Below, piece after piece: positions 63,547 through 64,000 of a DNA stretch of 64,000 nt. The stretch lies in assembly GCA_902802515.1 (NCBI GenBank), contig CADCMM010000007.1:33954-97953 (forward strand), written 5' to 3'. This DNA is from an uncultured Lachnospiraceae bacterium. GTDB taxonomy: Bacteria; Bacillota; Clostridia; Lachnospirales; Lachnospiraceae. Numbering within the stretch: the first letter of the stretch is position 1; each line of letters opens with the position of its first letter. The position numbers were made by a program, and so were the translations under genes. Below the pieces are notes generated by a model. It saw only the letters and a program-made list of their open reading frames with translations. It searched no databases and was not told where the DNA came from.

Positions 63547-64000
63547 TCATATACCCTGCTGATGTTCGAAGTATTCTTTCGCCTCATACAGGAACGACAA
63601 TGATCCAAAAACCAATATCACGTCCTTCTGCTCTGCTTCTTCCAGGGCCAGCGTCATTGCGTTTGTAACTGTACCGGCCGGTATCACATTCGGATTTACT
63701 TTACTTACCTCATCCGCAAGTTCTTCTGCCGGAAGCGCTCTGGGATGATCCTTTGTCTGAACAGTAAAAATCTTCTCTGCCCTCCCAGCTGTTATTCTTA
63801 TAATTTTATCATATTCCTTATCAGAAAACACTCCAAAAATGTAATAAATTTTATTTTTCGGGAAATACTGATTCACCGCATCCATCAAAACCCTGGCTGC
63901 ATCCGGATTGTGAGCCCCGTCCATGATCACCGCGGGAGCTTCCCGAAGGATCTGAAAACGTCCTTCCCAGACAGTATTCTTAAGTCCACTGCGAACATGC
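63547..64000 (-). CDS. folC: Folylpolyglutamate synthase / Mur-ligase family, C-terminal part (5' end outside the window)
   Basis: The frame is open to the right edge. It has the DGAHNP motif and a Mur-ligase C-terminal domain pattern. Confidence 0.7.
   Translation of the reverse strand, partial: HVRSGLKNTVWEGRFQILREAPAVIMDGAHNPDAARVLMDAVNQYFPKNKIYYIFGVFSDKEYDKIIRITAGRAEKIFTVQTKDHPRALPAEELADEVSKVNPNVIPAGTVTNAMTLALEEAEQKDVILVFGSLSFLYEAKEYFEHQQGI

Noticed and set aside
1-64000. A search for transposases, integrases, phage genes, toxin-antitoxin pairs, restriction or other defence systems, and tRNA or rRNA genes.
   Set aside because: None was recognised on either strand by eye. Every long ORF outside the flagged orphans is an identifiable housekeeping gene. 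Small type I toxins or tRNAs could still be missed without tRNAscan or HMM tools.

Overview
The window looks like a core chromosomal segment of a spore-forming Clostridia bacterium. A Lachnospiraceae-like origin is my inference from gene content and protein sequences. About 55 genes are present and most lie on the minus strand. The long housekeeping runs include rimP-nusA-ylxR-ylxQ-infB-rbfA-nrnA-truB-ribF, rpsO-pnp, rimO-pgsA-cinA, remA-gmk-rpoZ, scfA/scfB-secDF then recJ-leuS, and pheA-ppx-ppk1-ispG-polC. Aromatic amino-acid genes (tyrA, aroA, aroK, pheA) are scattered through the window. I saw no rRNA or tRNA genes, CRISPR arrays, transposases, phage genes or recognisable defence genes. The items worth a second look are listed here in window order.
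1. A cytoplasmic ParB/Srx-like plus BMP-domain fusion protein lies in an apparent icd operon.
2. A small accessory-looking plus-strand island at 8.8-13.0 kb holds two divergent S8 subtilases, one of them Csp-like. It also holds an 80-aa Cys/Gly/Asn-rich protein with two short hydrophobic cores and several small orphan ORFs.
3. Four long imperfect hairpins in non-coding DNA are not classical terminators. One is a 171-nt rod right after the Csp-like gene. One is a 68-nt hairpin inside a multi-hairpin leader of rqcH that could occlude the Shine-Dalgarno sequence. Rods of 107 nt and 181 nt sit in a 460-nt gap after rqcH.
4. A 47-aa SCIFF precursor is missing from the ORF track and sits directly upstream of its radical-SAM/SPASM maturase.
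5. A Trp-specific (UGG) T-box controls a PF04392-type ABC importer. The importer's lipoprotein carries nine perfect-period 39-bp repeats that encode a Thr/Glu-rich tether.
All family assignments come from motif recognition by eye. No database search was run.
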